A stretch of 64,000 nt of DNA from Salinivirgaceae bacterium (GCA_024405635.1 JAKSOL010000001.1:80048-144047); one strand, 5' to 3'. Shown: positions 10,315-20,540, counted from the first letter of the stretch. The notes: generated by a model not told the origin, from the sequence alone. Program-made: numbers and translations.

Positions 10315-11523
10315 TTATTTGTAAGTGCCTCGTTTTAGCATAATTACTTCTTTTTCTTCCAAAAAGCGCCATTTGCCGCGTGGAAGATTCTTTTTTGTTA
10401 AACCGGCATAGTAAACGCGGTCAAGTTTTTTCACTTTGTAGCCAAGTGCTTCAAACATGCGGCGTACAATGCGGTTGCGGCCACTGTGGATTAAAATTCC
10501 AACTTCGGTTTTGTCGCCTGGAGTGCAATATTCAAGGTCGTCGGCTTGGGCTGGACCATCTTCAAGAGTAATGCCGTTTAGTAGTTTTTCAATGTCGGCC
10601 TCGCTAACAGCGTGGTCAAGCGTTACTTGGTAAATTTTTTGTTTGTTGTAGCGAGGGTGCGACAATTGTTCGGCTAATTCGCCATCGTTGGTTAGTAGTA
10701 GCAAACCTGTTGTCGATTTGTCAAGTCGGCCAACTGGAAAAACTCTTCCATGTCCTGCGTTGCCAATAAGGTCCATCACTGTTTTGTCGGCATGAGGGTC
10801 GTCAAGTGTGGTAACGTAGTCTTTTGGTTTGTTTAGCAAAATGTAGGTTTTCTTTTCGGGCATTAGTGGTGCGTCGTTAAACTTCACTATATCGCCATAG
10901 TAAACTTTAGTTGCTAGTTCGGTTACAATTTTTCCGTTTATTGAAATAACACCAGCGGTTATGTATTTTTCAGCATCGCGACGGCTGCACACTCCAGCAT
11001 TTGCAATGTAGCGGTTAAGGCGTATGCCTTCTGGGTCGCTCATTGTTACTGCGGCATTTTGTGAGCGTGTTGGTTTGTCTTGTATAATGTCGGTTAACTT
11101 GTTTTCAAATTTTTTGGTGTTAAATGATTTTCTTTCACCATCGTTTTTGCTTCCAAAACGAGGTTTGCGGTCGGTTTTTTCGCCAAAACGAGGTTTGCGG
11201 TCAGTTCTTTCGCCAAAGCGAGGTTTACGGTCAGAGTCGTTGGCAAAGCGAGGTTTGCGTTCGCCTTCGGTTCTGTCGCCAAAGCGTTTTGTTTGAGCGC
11301 CAGATTTTTTCTCAAAAGAGTGGCGGCTGAAATGTTTTTGACCTTGTTCGTCGGTTTCAAACGATTTGTGTCCAAACGATTTGCGTGGACGTTCTCCGTC
11401 AGAGTCATCGCGACGTGGACGGGCTGAGTGACTTGGTTTTCGGTCGGAGCTACGGCCAAAACTTCTTCCTTCTTGGTTGCCGCCTTGGCGTGATGCTCTG
11501 CGGCTGTTGTTTGAATATTGCAT
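10315..11523 (-). CDS. RluB/RsuA-family pseudouridine synthase with an Arg/Lys-rich repetitive N-terminal extension
   Basis: It has an S4 domain (IRLNRYIANAGVCSRRDAEKYI) and the catalytic motif FPVGRLDKSTTGLLLLTNDGEL. The ATG at 11523 (MQYSNNSRR) avoids overlap with the upstream gene. Confidence 0.85.
   Translation of the reverse strand: MQYSNNSRRASRQGGNQEGRSFGRSSDRKPSHSARPRRDDSDGERPRKSFGHKSFETDEQGQKHFSRHSFEKKSGAQTKRFGDRTEGERKPRFANDSDRKPRFGERTDRKPRFGEKTDRKPRFGSKNDGERKSFNTKKFENKLTDIIQDKPTRSQNAAVTMSDPEGIRLNRYIANAGVCSRRDAEKYITAGVISINGKIVTELATKVYYGDIVKFNDAPLMPEKKTYILLNKPKDYVTTLDDPHADKTVMDLIGNAGHGRVFPVGRLDKSTTGLLLLTNDGELAEQLSHPRYNKQKIYQVTLDHAVSEADIEKLLNGITLEDGPAQADDLEYCTPGDKTEVGILIHSGRNRIVRRMFEALGYKVKKLDRVYYAGLTKKNLPRGKWRFLEEKEVIMLKRGTYK
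11153..11300 (-). repeat. About 30-nt tandem coding repeats (about 4-5 units) encoding (E/D)R(T/S)DRKPRFG(E)
   Basis: ccaaaacgaggtttgcggtcggttttttcg is followed by ccaaaacgaggtttgcggtcagttctttcg, ccaaagcgaggtttacggtcagag... and further units on the + strand. Confidence 0.85.
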
Positions 11524-11560
11524 TTTGTTTTTGTTTATAGGGCCGCAAAAGTAAGTAAAA

Positions 11561-13666
11561 TTACTTGCCTTTGGTTGCACCAATTTCACTCATAAGTATT
11601 TCTGTAATAGACTTGTCGCTCGTGCGGAATTTTTGGAATGTTTTGTATTGACGTTCCTCGTCGGCAAGCCATTGTTCAAGTCTTTTGGCGTCAAATTGTT
11701 CAAGATTTTGTTTTGCTACAAGTCGGCATATCACAGCGCACAACTTTTTGTAGCTCGATGGCAGAGCCTCGTCTGGTGTGATATTTTTCAGGTAATCAGT
11801 AGCTTCAGCGTATTTGTTTTGGTTGTAGCGCATTACACTCATTCCAAGTAGCGCCATGTTGTTACGGGGCGAAATGTCTAGTGCTTTTAGGTAGTATTTT
11901 TCAGCCTCTTCGTTTTGGTTTAGCAACACTAGCGACGATGCGTATTCGGTTAGCGATATAATGTGGTAAGGCGCATATTCAAGTCCTTTTTTGTAGGCTT
12001 CGGCAGCTTCTTTGCTTTTTTTCTGCAGAATGTATGCATGACCGCGATAATGTTGTATTGGCGCGCTATAGTTGTTAATGGTGTATATCGAATTGTCAAT
12101 TTTATTTGTCAGTTTTATCACTCGATCCCAATTAGCTTGATAGTAAGCCGAAAGAATTTTGCGAGCTCGAACTTCGCCGTTGTAGTATTTATAGGTAACA
12201 AATGAGGCTATTGATAATAGAACAAGAGCAGTGATACCAATTGCTATTGAAGTTTTGTGCCCCAAAGATTTAGGCTCACTTTTGCTTTGGTCTGATGAGT
12301 CGAAAAGAACAATGGCAGCAATTGTTAAATACATAAGGTTATGCTCAACTCGCTCGTGCGGAAAGTCGCAGAACGATACTGCAATAAATCCAACAAAAAA
12401 GCCAATTGCAATAATGCCAAATGTGCTTGAGTTTAGCGAACCTTTGGTTGTGTTGCGCAAGCAGAGCCACATTATGCCAAATAAAAACAAAAGGTAGCCA
12501 AACAGTCCTATGATGCCGTTTTCTGATAAAATCCAAAGGATGTCGTTGTGAGGACGTTGAAAGGTAAGCGAACCGTCGCGTAGGTTGTATTCAAATTCGT
12601 CAACGCCATATTTGGGTATAAGCAGTTGCCATTGCCCAGCTCCTGATCCAATAAAAGGATGCTCTTTAACCATTTGCATGGTTTTGTTCCAAACGGTTAC
12701 GCGCATGTGTGTCGATTTGTTATAGCCGTCGGGATTGTCGTCGTTGCTTAATGCGTTTGATATTTTTTCAACCACATAGTTGCGTGCTGTTTGGTTTTTA
12801 ATAATGAATCCAGTTGCTCCGCAAAGCAGTATTAAAGGAATAGCAATTGCTAATATGTTTACTATTAAACTGCGTTTTTTTCCAGCACGACGTTGAACTA
12901 CAAATATGTAGTAGTAAACTGCCGAAAACGAAACTCCAAAAAACAATATAACACCCATCCATGTAGCTCGACTGCTTAATAGTGCTATAAATACAATAGA
13001 AAGAACCAATTCAATGGATGCAATTATGCGCCATATAATATTACCTCGCAACATTTCGTATAAGCACAATGGAGTTAGGCAAAGCAACATTGACGAGAAA
13101 AGGTTTTTGTTTGAGCAATGCGAAATAATCTTGTTCATCGCAAGATTAAAATAGTATGAGTAGTCAGATGTTGCGGTTTTGAATGGTGTAAAATCAGCTT
13201 GCAATAATTGTTGGCAACCAAATGCTATAAAAAAGCCGCCCATTACCATAAGCGATTTTATTAAAATGTCACGGCTTTTGGGCTGATTTTTCATTGTTAC
13301 GTAAACAATAAAAAACCAAATGCCAAAGGTGAACTCTTTAAAAATGTGGAATAAAGCCTCGTAAATGTTTATGGCATTAACCGATGAAATAATTTGCATC
13401 AGTAGGTAAACCCCTAAACCACTGAATATAATGCACTCGGTTCGGCTGACCGATAATTTGAATGCGCCACGAATAAATTTTATTAAGAGTAGTGCTGAAG
13501 TAATAGTAATGCCAATGGTTGCAACCAATAGTCGAGGCAAAAGTGAAGCGTCGAGCATTCCTTTATTATCCCAAGCAAAAGGCAAGTATATAATCAAAAC
13601 CGAAATGACGGTTAAAAGCCCATATTCTGCCAAAAAATTCTTGGCTATTTGTGTGTTGAATTTCAT
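11561..13666 (-). CDS. O-antigen ligase (Wzy_C)-like polytopic membrane protein with C-terminal TPR repeats
   Basis: The N-terminal ~450 aa contain at least 10 hydrophobic helices with a loop resembling the Wzy_C region (HPFIGSGAGQW...RPHNDILWILSENG). The C-terminal ~200 aa are TPR-like (AAEAYKKGLEYAPYH..., AEKYYLKALDISPRN). Confidence 0.7.
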   Translation of the reverse strand: MKFNTQIAKNFLAEYGLLTVISVLIIYLPFAWDNKGMLDASLLPRLLVATIGITITSALLLIKFIRGAFKLSVSRTECIIFSGLGVYLLMQIISSVNAINIYEALFHIFKEFTFGIWFFIVYVTMKNQPKSRDILIKSLMVMGGFFIAFGCQQLLQADFTPFKTATSDYSYYFNLAMNKIISHCSNKNLFSSMLLCLTPLCLYEMLRGNIIWRIIASIELVLSIVFIALLSSRATWMGVILFFGVSFSAVYYYIFVVQRRAGKKRSLIVNILAIAIPLILLCGATGFIIKNQTARNYVVEKISNALSNDDNPDGYNKSTHMRVTVWNKTMQMVKEHPFIGSGAGQWQLLIPKYGVDEFEYNLRDGSLTFQRPHNDILWILSENGIIGLFGYLLFLFGIMWLCLRNTTKGSLNSSTFGIIAIGFFVGFIAVSFCDFPHERVEHNLMYLTIAAIVLFDSSDQSKSEPKSLGHKTSIAIGITALVLLSIASFVTYKYYNGEVRARKILSAYYQANWDRVIKLTNKIDNSIYTINNYSAPIQHYRGHAYILQKKSKEAAEAYKKGLEYAPYHIISLTEYASSLVLLNQNEEAEKYYLKALDISPRNNMALLGMSVMRYNQNKYAEATDYLKNITPDEALPSSYKKLCAVICRLVAKQNLEQFDAKRLEQWLADEERQYKTFQKFRTSDKSITEILMSEIGATKGK

Positions 13667-13845
13667 GAGATTCTAAAATTATAAAACGCACAAAAATAGT
13701 TTTTTGGTTAAAAAAAAACTTAAAGACCAACAGCGCATTTGCACGCTTAACGTTTTGTGGCGAAACATAAACTAATTGACAAAAAATAAGGTATCGTTAA
13801 AAAATACACTACCTTTACGCGGTTTGAACTAAAAGAAAGAAAATA

Positions 13846-14565
13846 GTGAGTAAGAAGATTAAATTATTGATTATAAGTTCTCTAGTAGTAATTTGTGTTG
13901 TTGCTATTATTGTATGCGCAGACCAATTGAGTGGTTTGTGGGGCAAAACAGCAAACATCATTTCGGGGAATACAAATTCTGGAAGTTTTAAGTACAAAAT
14001 AACCTATTTATCAAAGGAAGAAGAAAAACCAGTTGTGGGACTTCTGCCAAAAACACTTTCTTTAAAATATAAAGATAGTTGCGTAGTGATTGATGTTGAA
14101 GGATATGGACGGATATTTAAATCAACCTTTATTAAACATTCCGACAATTCAACCGACATGACACTGCGTATTTTGCGCGACAAACACAAATTGCATACCA
14201 ACCCGGGCGAAGGCTTTTATGGTTTAACATTGCCAGCCGAAACAACACTCGAAATTGACGAAACAACCGACAAAATACTTGGCTTTGATTGCCATCACGC
14301 TTTGTTGCACACCGCCGATTCGGTTTTCGAAATTTATTATACAAAAGAAATATCAGTAGGTCAGATTTATGAAAACACAGTGTTTGACCAACTAGAAGGC
14401 ATGCCTCTGAAATTATATATTGAAATGGCTGGCATACCAATGTATCTTGAGGCTATTGAATACAATAGAATTGCTGTTGAGGATGAAGCATTTGTCGTGC
14501 CCGACGATTATGAAGAAATATCGCGAGAGCGAATGGATAAATACTTCTCAGATTTGAGCAAATAG
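13846..14565 (+). CDS. Hypothetical membrane-anchored protein
   Basis: 239-aa ORF with a GTG start and an N-terminal hydrophobic anchor (LLIISSLVVICVVAIIVCA). I did not recognise any family with confidence. Confidence 0.5.
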   Translation: MSKKIKLLIISSLVVICVVAIIVCADQLSGLWGKTANIISGNTNSGSFKYKITYLSKEEEKPVVGLLPKTLSLKYKDSCVVIDVEGYGRIFKSTFIKHSDNSTDMTLRILRDKHKLHTNPGEGFYGLTLPAETTLEIDETTDKILGFDCHHALLHTADSVFEIYYTKEISVGQIYENTVFDQLEGMPLKLYIEMAGIPMYLEAIEYNRIAVEDEAFVVPDDYEEISRERMDKYFSDLSK

Positions 14566-14585
14566 CCATCTAATCCTATTTCAAT

Positions 14586-17120
14586 ATGGCTACCAAACAA
14601 GCACCATCGGCACAAGAACAGATGAGTTTAATTCGCATTTTTTGCGGATTGTTTCTTTGTGGCTTCACCTTCTTGTTGGCCTTTGCATTTGTATCGTATC
14701 TTTTTACATGGCGAAACGACCAAAGCATGCTCGACATACCATTGTCGGCTCTGTTTTCCGATAAAGATATTTTGGTGCAAAACTGGTCAGGTAAAGTAGG
14801 AGCATTGTTAGCTCACTGCTGCATGTATAAAGGCATTGGTGTTGCAGCCTTTGGTTTGGTCATTATTCTCTTTTGCGCAGTTTTCAATATCTTTTTAAAA
14901 GAAAACCGATTGCCATTGCTCACCATTATTGAATATGTGAGCGGATATGCTATTTGGACTTCCATTGCCATGGGATACTTTTTCCAATCGTCGCAATTTG
15001 CTCCCGGTGGAATGCAAGGTCACTTTGTTAGCGAATGGCTTAACGCAACAATTGGTAGGGCATCAACCTTTATGTTGCTGCTTATTTTTCTGTTTATATT
15101 AATGTCGCTAACCATAAAAGGTTTTGTTGATAAATGCCGAAGCTTAATTGATAGAGTCCGTAGCTTGCGAAATGTTAAAATGGTTGAAGTTGAGCCAATT
15201 GCAATAGGTCCAACCGACCAACCAGAAGTTGAAAATACAACTGACGTCGAAACTGAAAAATCGGAGGTTGATGACGCTGAACTTGTTGACGATAACTTGG
15301 ATAGCCAAAACGATGAGCAACCAAATGTAAACGAGGTTGATTTATCAATTAGCATTAGTGAAAAAGCAGAAGAAAGTTCAACTGACAGCGATTTTGAAAT
15401 AACTCACGCAGTTATTACCGATGATGGCGATTCTGACAACAACTATGAAGATAATCTTGAGGTGGTTGAAACTTCGCCAGCTGAAGAATTACCAAAGCAA
15501 GATGAGGTTGAACCAAAGGAACAACAAACCGAGTCAACCAAAACCGACATTGAAATTGATCACGGAGTAGAGGAGGAAGAGGCCAAAACAATTAGCGATA
15601 AACCTCTTGAAGACTATGATCCTAAATTGGAATTGTCGCACTATACTTTGCCATCAATCGATTTGCTAAAAGAGTACGAGACCAACAACGATAGCGTTTC
15701 TGAAGAGTTGGTAAAAGAAAACAAAGACAAGATTGTGCAATCGTTGGCCGATTTTAAAATTGAAATTGAAAGCATTAAAGCTACCATAGGTCCAGCAATT
15801 ACGCTATATGAAATAGTGCCAAAGCGCGGAACAAAAATTGCTAAAATAAAAAGTTTAGCCGACGATTTGGCTCTTAGTTTGTCGGCTTTGCAAATTCGTA
15901 TCATAGCCCCAATTCCCGGTAAAAACACAGTAGGTATTGAGGTGCCAAATGCAAAAGCATCAATGGTGTCGATGCGCTCAATGATTAAAACTGCCAAATT
16001 CCAAGAGTCGAAAATGGAACTGCCAGTAGCCATCGGTAGAACTATTACAAACGAGGTGTTTATGTTCGATTTGGCCAAAACTCCACACTTGCTTGTGGCT
16101 GGAGCAACTGGTCAAGGTAAATCGGTTGGTTTAAATGCCATTGTTACTTCTCTATTGTATAAAAAGCATCCTTCGCAACTAAAATTTGTGATGGTTGACC
16201 CTAAAATGGTTGAGTTCAGCATTTACAAGGATTTGGAAAAACACTACATGGCCAAATATCCCGATGATAACCCAATTATCATTACCGATTGCGATAAAGT
16301 GAAACAAACTTTGAACTCGCTTGTGCAAGAAATGGAAGACCGATACAAGTTGCTTATGGAGGCAAAATGCCGCAACATTGTTGAGTACAACAACCGTTTC
16401 ATAAAACGTCAGCTTAATCCAAATAATGGACACAAGTATTTGTGCTACATTGTAATAATAATCGACGAGTTTGGCGACTTTATTATGCAAGCAGGCAAAG
16501 AAATTGAAACGCCAATTGCACGTATTGCTCAAAAAGCTCGCGCTGTTGGTATGCACATGATTTTGGCAACCCAACGCCCAAGTGTCAACATTATTACTGG
16601 TATAATTAAAGCCAATGTTCCAGGTCGTATGGCATTCCGCACATCGTCAAGCATCGATAGCCGAACCATTCTTGATGCAAACGGAGCCGAGCGTCTTGTT
16701 GGTAAAGGCGATTTGCTTATTTCGCCTAACGGACAAGAACCTGAGCGTGTGCAATGTGCTTTTGTCGATACCGACGAGGTTGTAGCAATTGTTAACCACA
16801 TTAAATCGCAACAAAGTTACCTTGAACCATATATGTTGCCCGAGTTGCCCGATGAAACAGGTGGCGAGGCGGCAACTTTTGATACTAGCAAGAAAGATAT
16901 TTTGTTTGAGGAAGTTGCGCGATTTGTTGTTTCAACTCAAACAGGTTCAACGTCAAACATTCAGCGTAAATTCGAAATTGGTTATAACCGTGCTGGTCGC
17001 ATTATGGATCAGTTGGAAGGTGCGGGCATTGTGGGACCACAAGAGGGCAGCAAACCTCGTCGCGTGCAGATTCAAGATGAATTTTCGCTTGACCAACTTT
17101 TAGCAGCAATATCACGATGA
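14586..17120 (+). CDS. ftsK: DNA translocase FtsK/SpoIIIE
   Basis: It has N-terminal TM helices, an acidic linker, the Walker A motif VAGATGQGKSV, the motor domain (IIIDEFGD...ATQRPSV) and a C-terminal gamma/winged-helix region (STSNIQRKFEIGYNRAGRIMDQLE). Confidence 0.93.
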   Translation: MATKQAPSAQEQMSLIRIFCGLFLCGFTFLLAFAFVSYLFTWRNDQSMLDIPLSALFSDKDILVQNWSGKVGALLAHCCMYKGIGVAAFGLVIILFCAVFNIFLKENRLPLLTIIEYVSGYAIWTSIAMGYFFQSSQFAPGGMQGHFVSEWLNATIGRASTFMLLLIFLFILMSLTIKGFVDKCRSLIDRVRSLRNVKMVEVEPIAIGPTDQPEVENTTDVETEKSEVDDAELVDDNLDSQNDEQPNVNEVDLSISISEKAEESSTDSDFEITHAVITDDGDSDNNYEDNLEVVETSPAEELPKQDEVEPKEQQTESTKTDIEIDHGVEEEEAKTISDKPLEDYDPKLELSHYTLPSIDLLKEYETNNDSVSEELVKENKDKIVQSLADFKIEIESIKATIGPAITLYEIVPKRGTKIAKIKSLADDLALSLSALQIRIIAPIPGKNTVGIEVPNAKASMVSMRSMIKTAKFQESKMELPVAIGRTITNEVFMFDLAKTPHLLVAGATGQGKSVGLNAIVTSLLYKKHPSQLKFVMVDPKMVEFSIYKDLEKHYMAKYPDDNPIIITDCDKVKQTLNSLVQEMEDRYKLLMEAKCRNIVEYNNRFIKRQLNPNNGHKYLCYIVIIIDEFGDFIMQAGKEIETPIARIAQKARAVGMHMILATQRPSVNIITGIIKANVPGRMAFRTSSSIDSRTILDANGAERLVGKGDLLISPNGQEPERVQCAFVDTDEVVAIVNHIKSQQSYLEPYMLPELPDETGGEAATFDTSKKDILFEEVARFVVSTQTGSTSNIQRKFEIGYNRAGRIMDQLEGAGIVGPQEGSKPRRVQIQDEFSLDQLLAAISR

Positions 17121-17776
17121 AAAAACTATTGTTAATAATATCGGCATTGGTTGCTTCAACCTTTGCTAATGCCCAAGTTGATGAAGGTCGTCAACTGCTC
17201 GATAAAGTGGCGCAAAAGGCTAACAGCTACAAGAATATTTGCGCCGATTTTGTTTATGATTATGAGAATTTGGCCGAAGAAAAAACTGAAAGCCAACAAG
17301 GTACCTTGCTAATTAAGGGTAAAAAATTCCATATCGATTTTGAAGGTACAAGCATTTTTAGCGATGGAAAAAGTCGTTGGGTTTACCTTAAAGAAAGCAA
17401 CGAGGTTACCATTACCAAAATTGAAACCAAAGAATCGGACACTCCTGAAGATAGATTGCTAAGCGACCCAATGTCGTTGTTCTCATATCATAAAAATGGG
17501 TTCAAATATTTGTTGGTAGGTACCGAAATGGTTGCTGGCAAACAAATGCAAGTGGCTGAAATATCGCCAATTAACAAAAATCAAAAACTATTTAAGGTTA
17601 AGTATTGGATTGATGCAAACAACAACCTTTATCAAATAAAGTGTTTTCAAAAAGACGGAACACGCATCACTTTAACGCTAAATAACATGAAGGTGAATCA
17701 AAAAGTTGAGGATTCAAATTGCACCTTCAATGTGAGCCAATATCCTGATGTTGAGGTGATTGATATGCGCGACTAA
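17117..17776 (+). CDS. LolA-like outer-membrane lipoprotein carrier protein
   Basis: It has a signal peptide, its ATGA start overlaps the ftsK stop, and the ftsK-lolA pairing is the usual synteny. Length and beta-rich sequence are consistent with the LolA fold. Confidence 0.65.
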   Translation: MKKLLLIISALVASTFANAQVDEGRQLLDKVAQKANSYKNICADFVYDYENLAEEKTESQQGTLLIKGKKFHIDFEGTSIFSDGKSRWVYLKESNEVTITKIETKESDTPEDRLLSDPMSLFSYHKNGFKYLLVGTEMVAGKQMQVAEISPINKNQKLFKVKYWIDANNNLYQIKCFQKDGTRITLTLNNMKVNQKVEDSNCTFNVSQYPDVEVIDMRD

Positions 17777-18372
17777 ACGTTGTGTCCATTGTCGCGGCGA
17801 ATATCGTCAATCCATTTTTCAATTACTGGCGCTTTGTAACTTTTAAGTAAAGCAAACACCTCTTGTGGGGTATTTGCAAATAGGGCCATTGCCGAGTGCG
17901 GCTCAAGCAACATTTTGCTGCTAACCATGTGATTTAGTTGCTGTTGCAAATAACTGTAATAGTTTAGTGTATTGAGAAATACAACAGGTTTTTTGTGAAA
18001 TCCAAGTTGAGCAGCGGTAAGTACTTCAAAAGTTTCTTCTAATGTTCCAAAACCACCAGGCATTATTACAAAAGCATCGGCCAATTCTGCCATTTTTGCT
18101 TTGCGCTCTTGCATAGTTTCAACCACAATAAGTTCTTTTAGTCCTTGTTGGGTTAAGTGTTTTTGGGCTAAAAAGGTAGTTATAACGCCCGTAACTTCGG
18201 CACCACCTTGTATGGCTGCCTCGGCACAACAACGCATTAAACCCACATTGGCACCGCCATAAATCATGCCAAAACCTTGTTTGGCAATAAGTTGTCCCAA
18301 CTCGGTAGCTACCTTAGCATACTCGGGTTTGTCGCCCAAATTTGAACTACAAAACACACAAACGTTGTACAT
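17773..18372 (-). CDS. LOG-family protein (TIGR00730; cytokinin riboside 5'-monophosphate phosphoribohydrolase-like)
   Basis: It carries GGANVGLM and the PGGFGTLEE motif. The ATG at 18372 (MYNVCVFCSS) is preferred over the TTG at 18399. Confidence 0.85.
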   Translation of the reverse strand: MYNVCVFCSSNLGDKPEYAKVATELGQLIAKQGFGMIYGGANVGLMRCCAEAAIQGGAEVTGVITTFLAQKHLTQQGLKELIVVETMQERKAKMAELADAFVIMPGGFGTLEETFEVLTAAQLGFHKKPVVFLNTLNYYSYLQQQLNHMVSSKMLLEPHSAMALFANTPQEVFALLKSYKAPVIEKWIDDIRRDNGHNV

Positions 18373-18415
18373 AGTTTCATGTTGATGATGTTTTTGCAAA
18401 GGAACGAAAAAGATG
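18363..18415. repeat. Left copy of a 53-bp direct repeat (partner 25256-25308, 51/53 identical). It covers the first 10 nt of the LOG CDS plus 43 nt upstream.
   Basis: cgttgtacatagtttcatgttgatgatgtttttgcaaaggaacgaaaaagatg versus cgttgtacatagtttcaagttgatgatgtttttacaaaggaacgaaaaagatg. Confidence 0.95.
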
Positions 18416-18527
18416 GTAGTAAAGGTAATATTCCTATAATAGGTTTTTAATTAACGATTTTGAGTTGATACATGATTATACTTTACAACAAAAACATTCG
18501 CAACATTTAATAATTTGATACACAATC

Positions 18528-19808
18528 ATGCGACTCACAAAAGAGACTACTGGCAGCCAGTCAATAGCATATACCTACGACAGTTATAACCGCATCACAA
18601 AAAAGTCATACGTAATTGATGGCACAACCCTGAATTTTACCTATACTTACAACTCCAACGGGCAACTATCTTCAAAAACATTCCCCGACGGCATGACCGA
18701 AAACTACACATACGATAGCTACGGCAACCTATCATGCATTAAGATGGGCTCAACCCGTGTGTGGGAGCTTGATAGCTACAATGGTACAACACGCTCGGCA
18801 TATCTCGGCACGGCACCTTTGACGCATACAAAAAGCTATTCAACTAAAGGATTGCTCACAGGCACCTCAATAAAAAACGGCAGCACAACGCTCCACAGCT
18901 TTAGCTACACCATTGATGGCACCACAGGCAACCTTACTGCACGCACTGGCATGAACGGCTCTGAGAGTTTCACCTACGACCAGTTTGACCGACTTACAAA
19001 CGCAAAGGTTGGCAGTACCGACAATAAGGTAACTTACAAGTTAACTGGCAACATAAACAGCAAAACTAGCTTAGGCACATACTCCTACGATGCCACCAAG
19101 AAGCATGCCGTAACTAACATTGCTAACCTTAAGCCAACCAACCAAACCGTAACCTACAACGCATTCAACAAGGTGGCTAAAGTGGAAACCAACAGTGCCA
19201 CGCTAACCATAACCTACGGCCCCAACAGGCAACGGGTTAAAACCTACTACACAACCAGTGGTGTAACCCAAACCACGCTCTATGCCGATAACTACGAGCA
19301 GCGCACCGTAAACGGTACCGTGAGCACCTACCACTACGTGAGCAGTCCCGACGGACTGGTGGCAATATACGTAAAGAAAGGCACGGCGGCAATGACTCCC
19401 TATTACGTTGAGACCTACCACCTCGGCAGTATCTGCAAGATATACAACGCCGCAGGCACCAAGCAGTTTGATGCCACCTATGACGCATGGGGCAAGCAAA
19501 CCGTAAACGTCAACTACATAGGCATAACCCGCGGCTACACTGGCCACGAGCACTGGAACCAGTTTGGCTTGATAGACATGAACGGCAGGTTTTATGACCC
19601 AGTAGTAGGCCGTTTCCTCAGCCCCGACCCTTACGTGCAAGACCCCACCAACCTGCAGAACTTTAACCGCTACTCGTATTGCTTAAACAACCCACTGAAG
19701 TATAATGACCCGAGCGGGGAATGGATATTGACATGGGGTATTAATAAAGGAGGATTTAGTATTGGCTTGAATTTCGCGCCATATCCTGTTGGCTTTGGAA
19801 TCCAATAG
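18528..19808 (+). CDS. N-terminally truncated Rhs/YD-repeat protein with the RHS-repeat-associated core end and only a 28-aa tail
   Basis: YD repeats are present (YTYDSYNRIT, YTYNSNGQLS, YTYDSYGNLS, FTYDQFDRLT). The core end reads [60 protein letters not shown]. The ORF starts inside the repeat region, with AT-rich non-coding DNA upstream. Confidence 0.85.
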   Translation: MRLTKETTGSQSIAYTYDSYNRITKKSYVIDGTTLNFTYTYNSNGQLSSKTFPDGMTENYTYDSYGNLSCIKMGSTRVWELDSYNGTTRSAYLGTAPLTHTKSYSTKGLLTGTSIKNGSTTLHSFSYTIDGTTGNLTARTGMNGSESFTYDQFDRLTNAKVGSTDNKVTYKLTGNINSKTSLGTYSYDATKKHAVTNIANLKPTNQTVTYNAFNKVAKVETNSATLTITYGPNRQRVKTYYTTSGVTQTTLYADNYEQRTVNGTVSTYHYVSSPDGLVAIYVKKGTAAMTPYYVETYHLGSICKIYNAAGTKQFDATYDAWGKQTVNVNYIGITRGYTGHEHWNQFGLIDMNGRFYDPVVGRFLSPDPYVQDPTNLQNFNRYSYCLNNPLKYNDPSGEWILTWGINKGGFSIGLNFAPYPVGFGIQ

Positions 19809-19871
19809 GCGGTCACATGCGCGGACCAACCTCTTTCCTAAAAATTGGTTCAATCTTTTAACCTCACAGAA

Positions 19872-20486
19872 ATGAAAAATATATTGCTATTATTAATAAT
19901 GTTAGTAAGTTTTTCTGTTCAATCTCAAGATTGCGAATCTGCATTTATTGAAAGATTTACAAAGGCTTACACCAAAAATCAGAAATGGTTAAACAAGAAA
20001 GCTAAGAAAATATACCGCAATCATGGTAATGCTGATAGTGATAGCGTTAGCTTTATATTTGAAGTTGAAGTCTGGGCTAGTAAATTTAAAGAATGCGATT
20101 ACAATCCAGATATTGTTCTTTGTAAAATAGATTATTGGAACAAGAGATATACATATGCATTAGTATTTAAGGATACTCATTTTAAGGGTATAATAGATAT
20201 TTTTGATGAAGTTTATCACGATAGTGCTTTTGTTAATACATACTTCAAAGCACATTATAAACTATTTGAAGAGCTAAGGAATAATAAAATCGATTTGGCT
20301 TTCGACATCAATGGATTTGGAGGAAATTGTTATTGGTATATTGCAAATGAAAAATTATTTGTGTTGGCTCATTCTGAAAACGATAATGGCTACAAAATAT
20401 ATAATGCAAGTTCATATATGCACACTGTATATGACCCTCTAATGGCTCTTTTCGGAAGAAACAAGCGATTTAAAACGAAATACTAA
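19872..20486 (+). CDS. Candidate immunity protein 1 (signal peptide, AT-rich)
   Basis: It begins MKNILLLLIMLVSFSVQSQ and lies directly downstream of the Rhs tail. The call rests on position only. Confidence 0.5.
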   Translation: MKNILLLLIMLVSFSVQSQDCESAFIERFTKAYTKNQKWLNKKAKKIYRNHGNADSDSVSFIFEVEVWASKFKECDYNPDIVLCKIDYWNKRYTYALVFKDTHFKGIIDIFDEVYHDSAFVNTYFKAHYKLFEELRNNKIDLAFDINGFGGNCYWYIANEKLFVLAHSENDNGYKIYNASSYMHTVYDPLMALFGRNKRFKTKY

Positions 20487-20540
20487 CGATAATGAACTAT
20501 ACATGCACCTTTGGGAGTGTGTATAGTTCAATTTTTTAAA

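Noticed and set aside
11024-11459. Overlapping ORFs on both strands across the RluB-like N-terminal repeat region (11024-11296, 11094-11459, 11124-11330)
   Set aside because: These are low-complexity tandem repeats that keep several frames open. The RluB-like frame is the only one continuous with a recognisable domain.
19203-19640. Antisense ORFs inside the Rhs and orphan genes (19203-19640, 19237-19488, 20595-20813, 21089-21331, 23065-23358), the last two being Pro-rich
   Set aside because: They are mirror-image artefacts. The G+C-richer Rhs core and the Gly/Ala-codon-rich zipper region (GGN/GCN) stay open on the opposite strand as Pro/Ala-rich frames. They show no independent coding signal.
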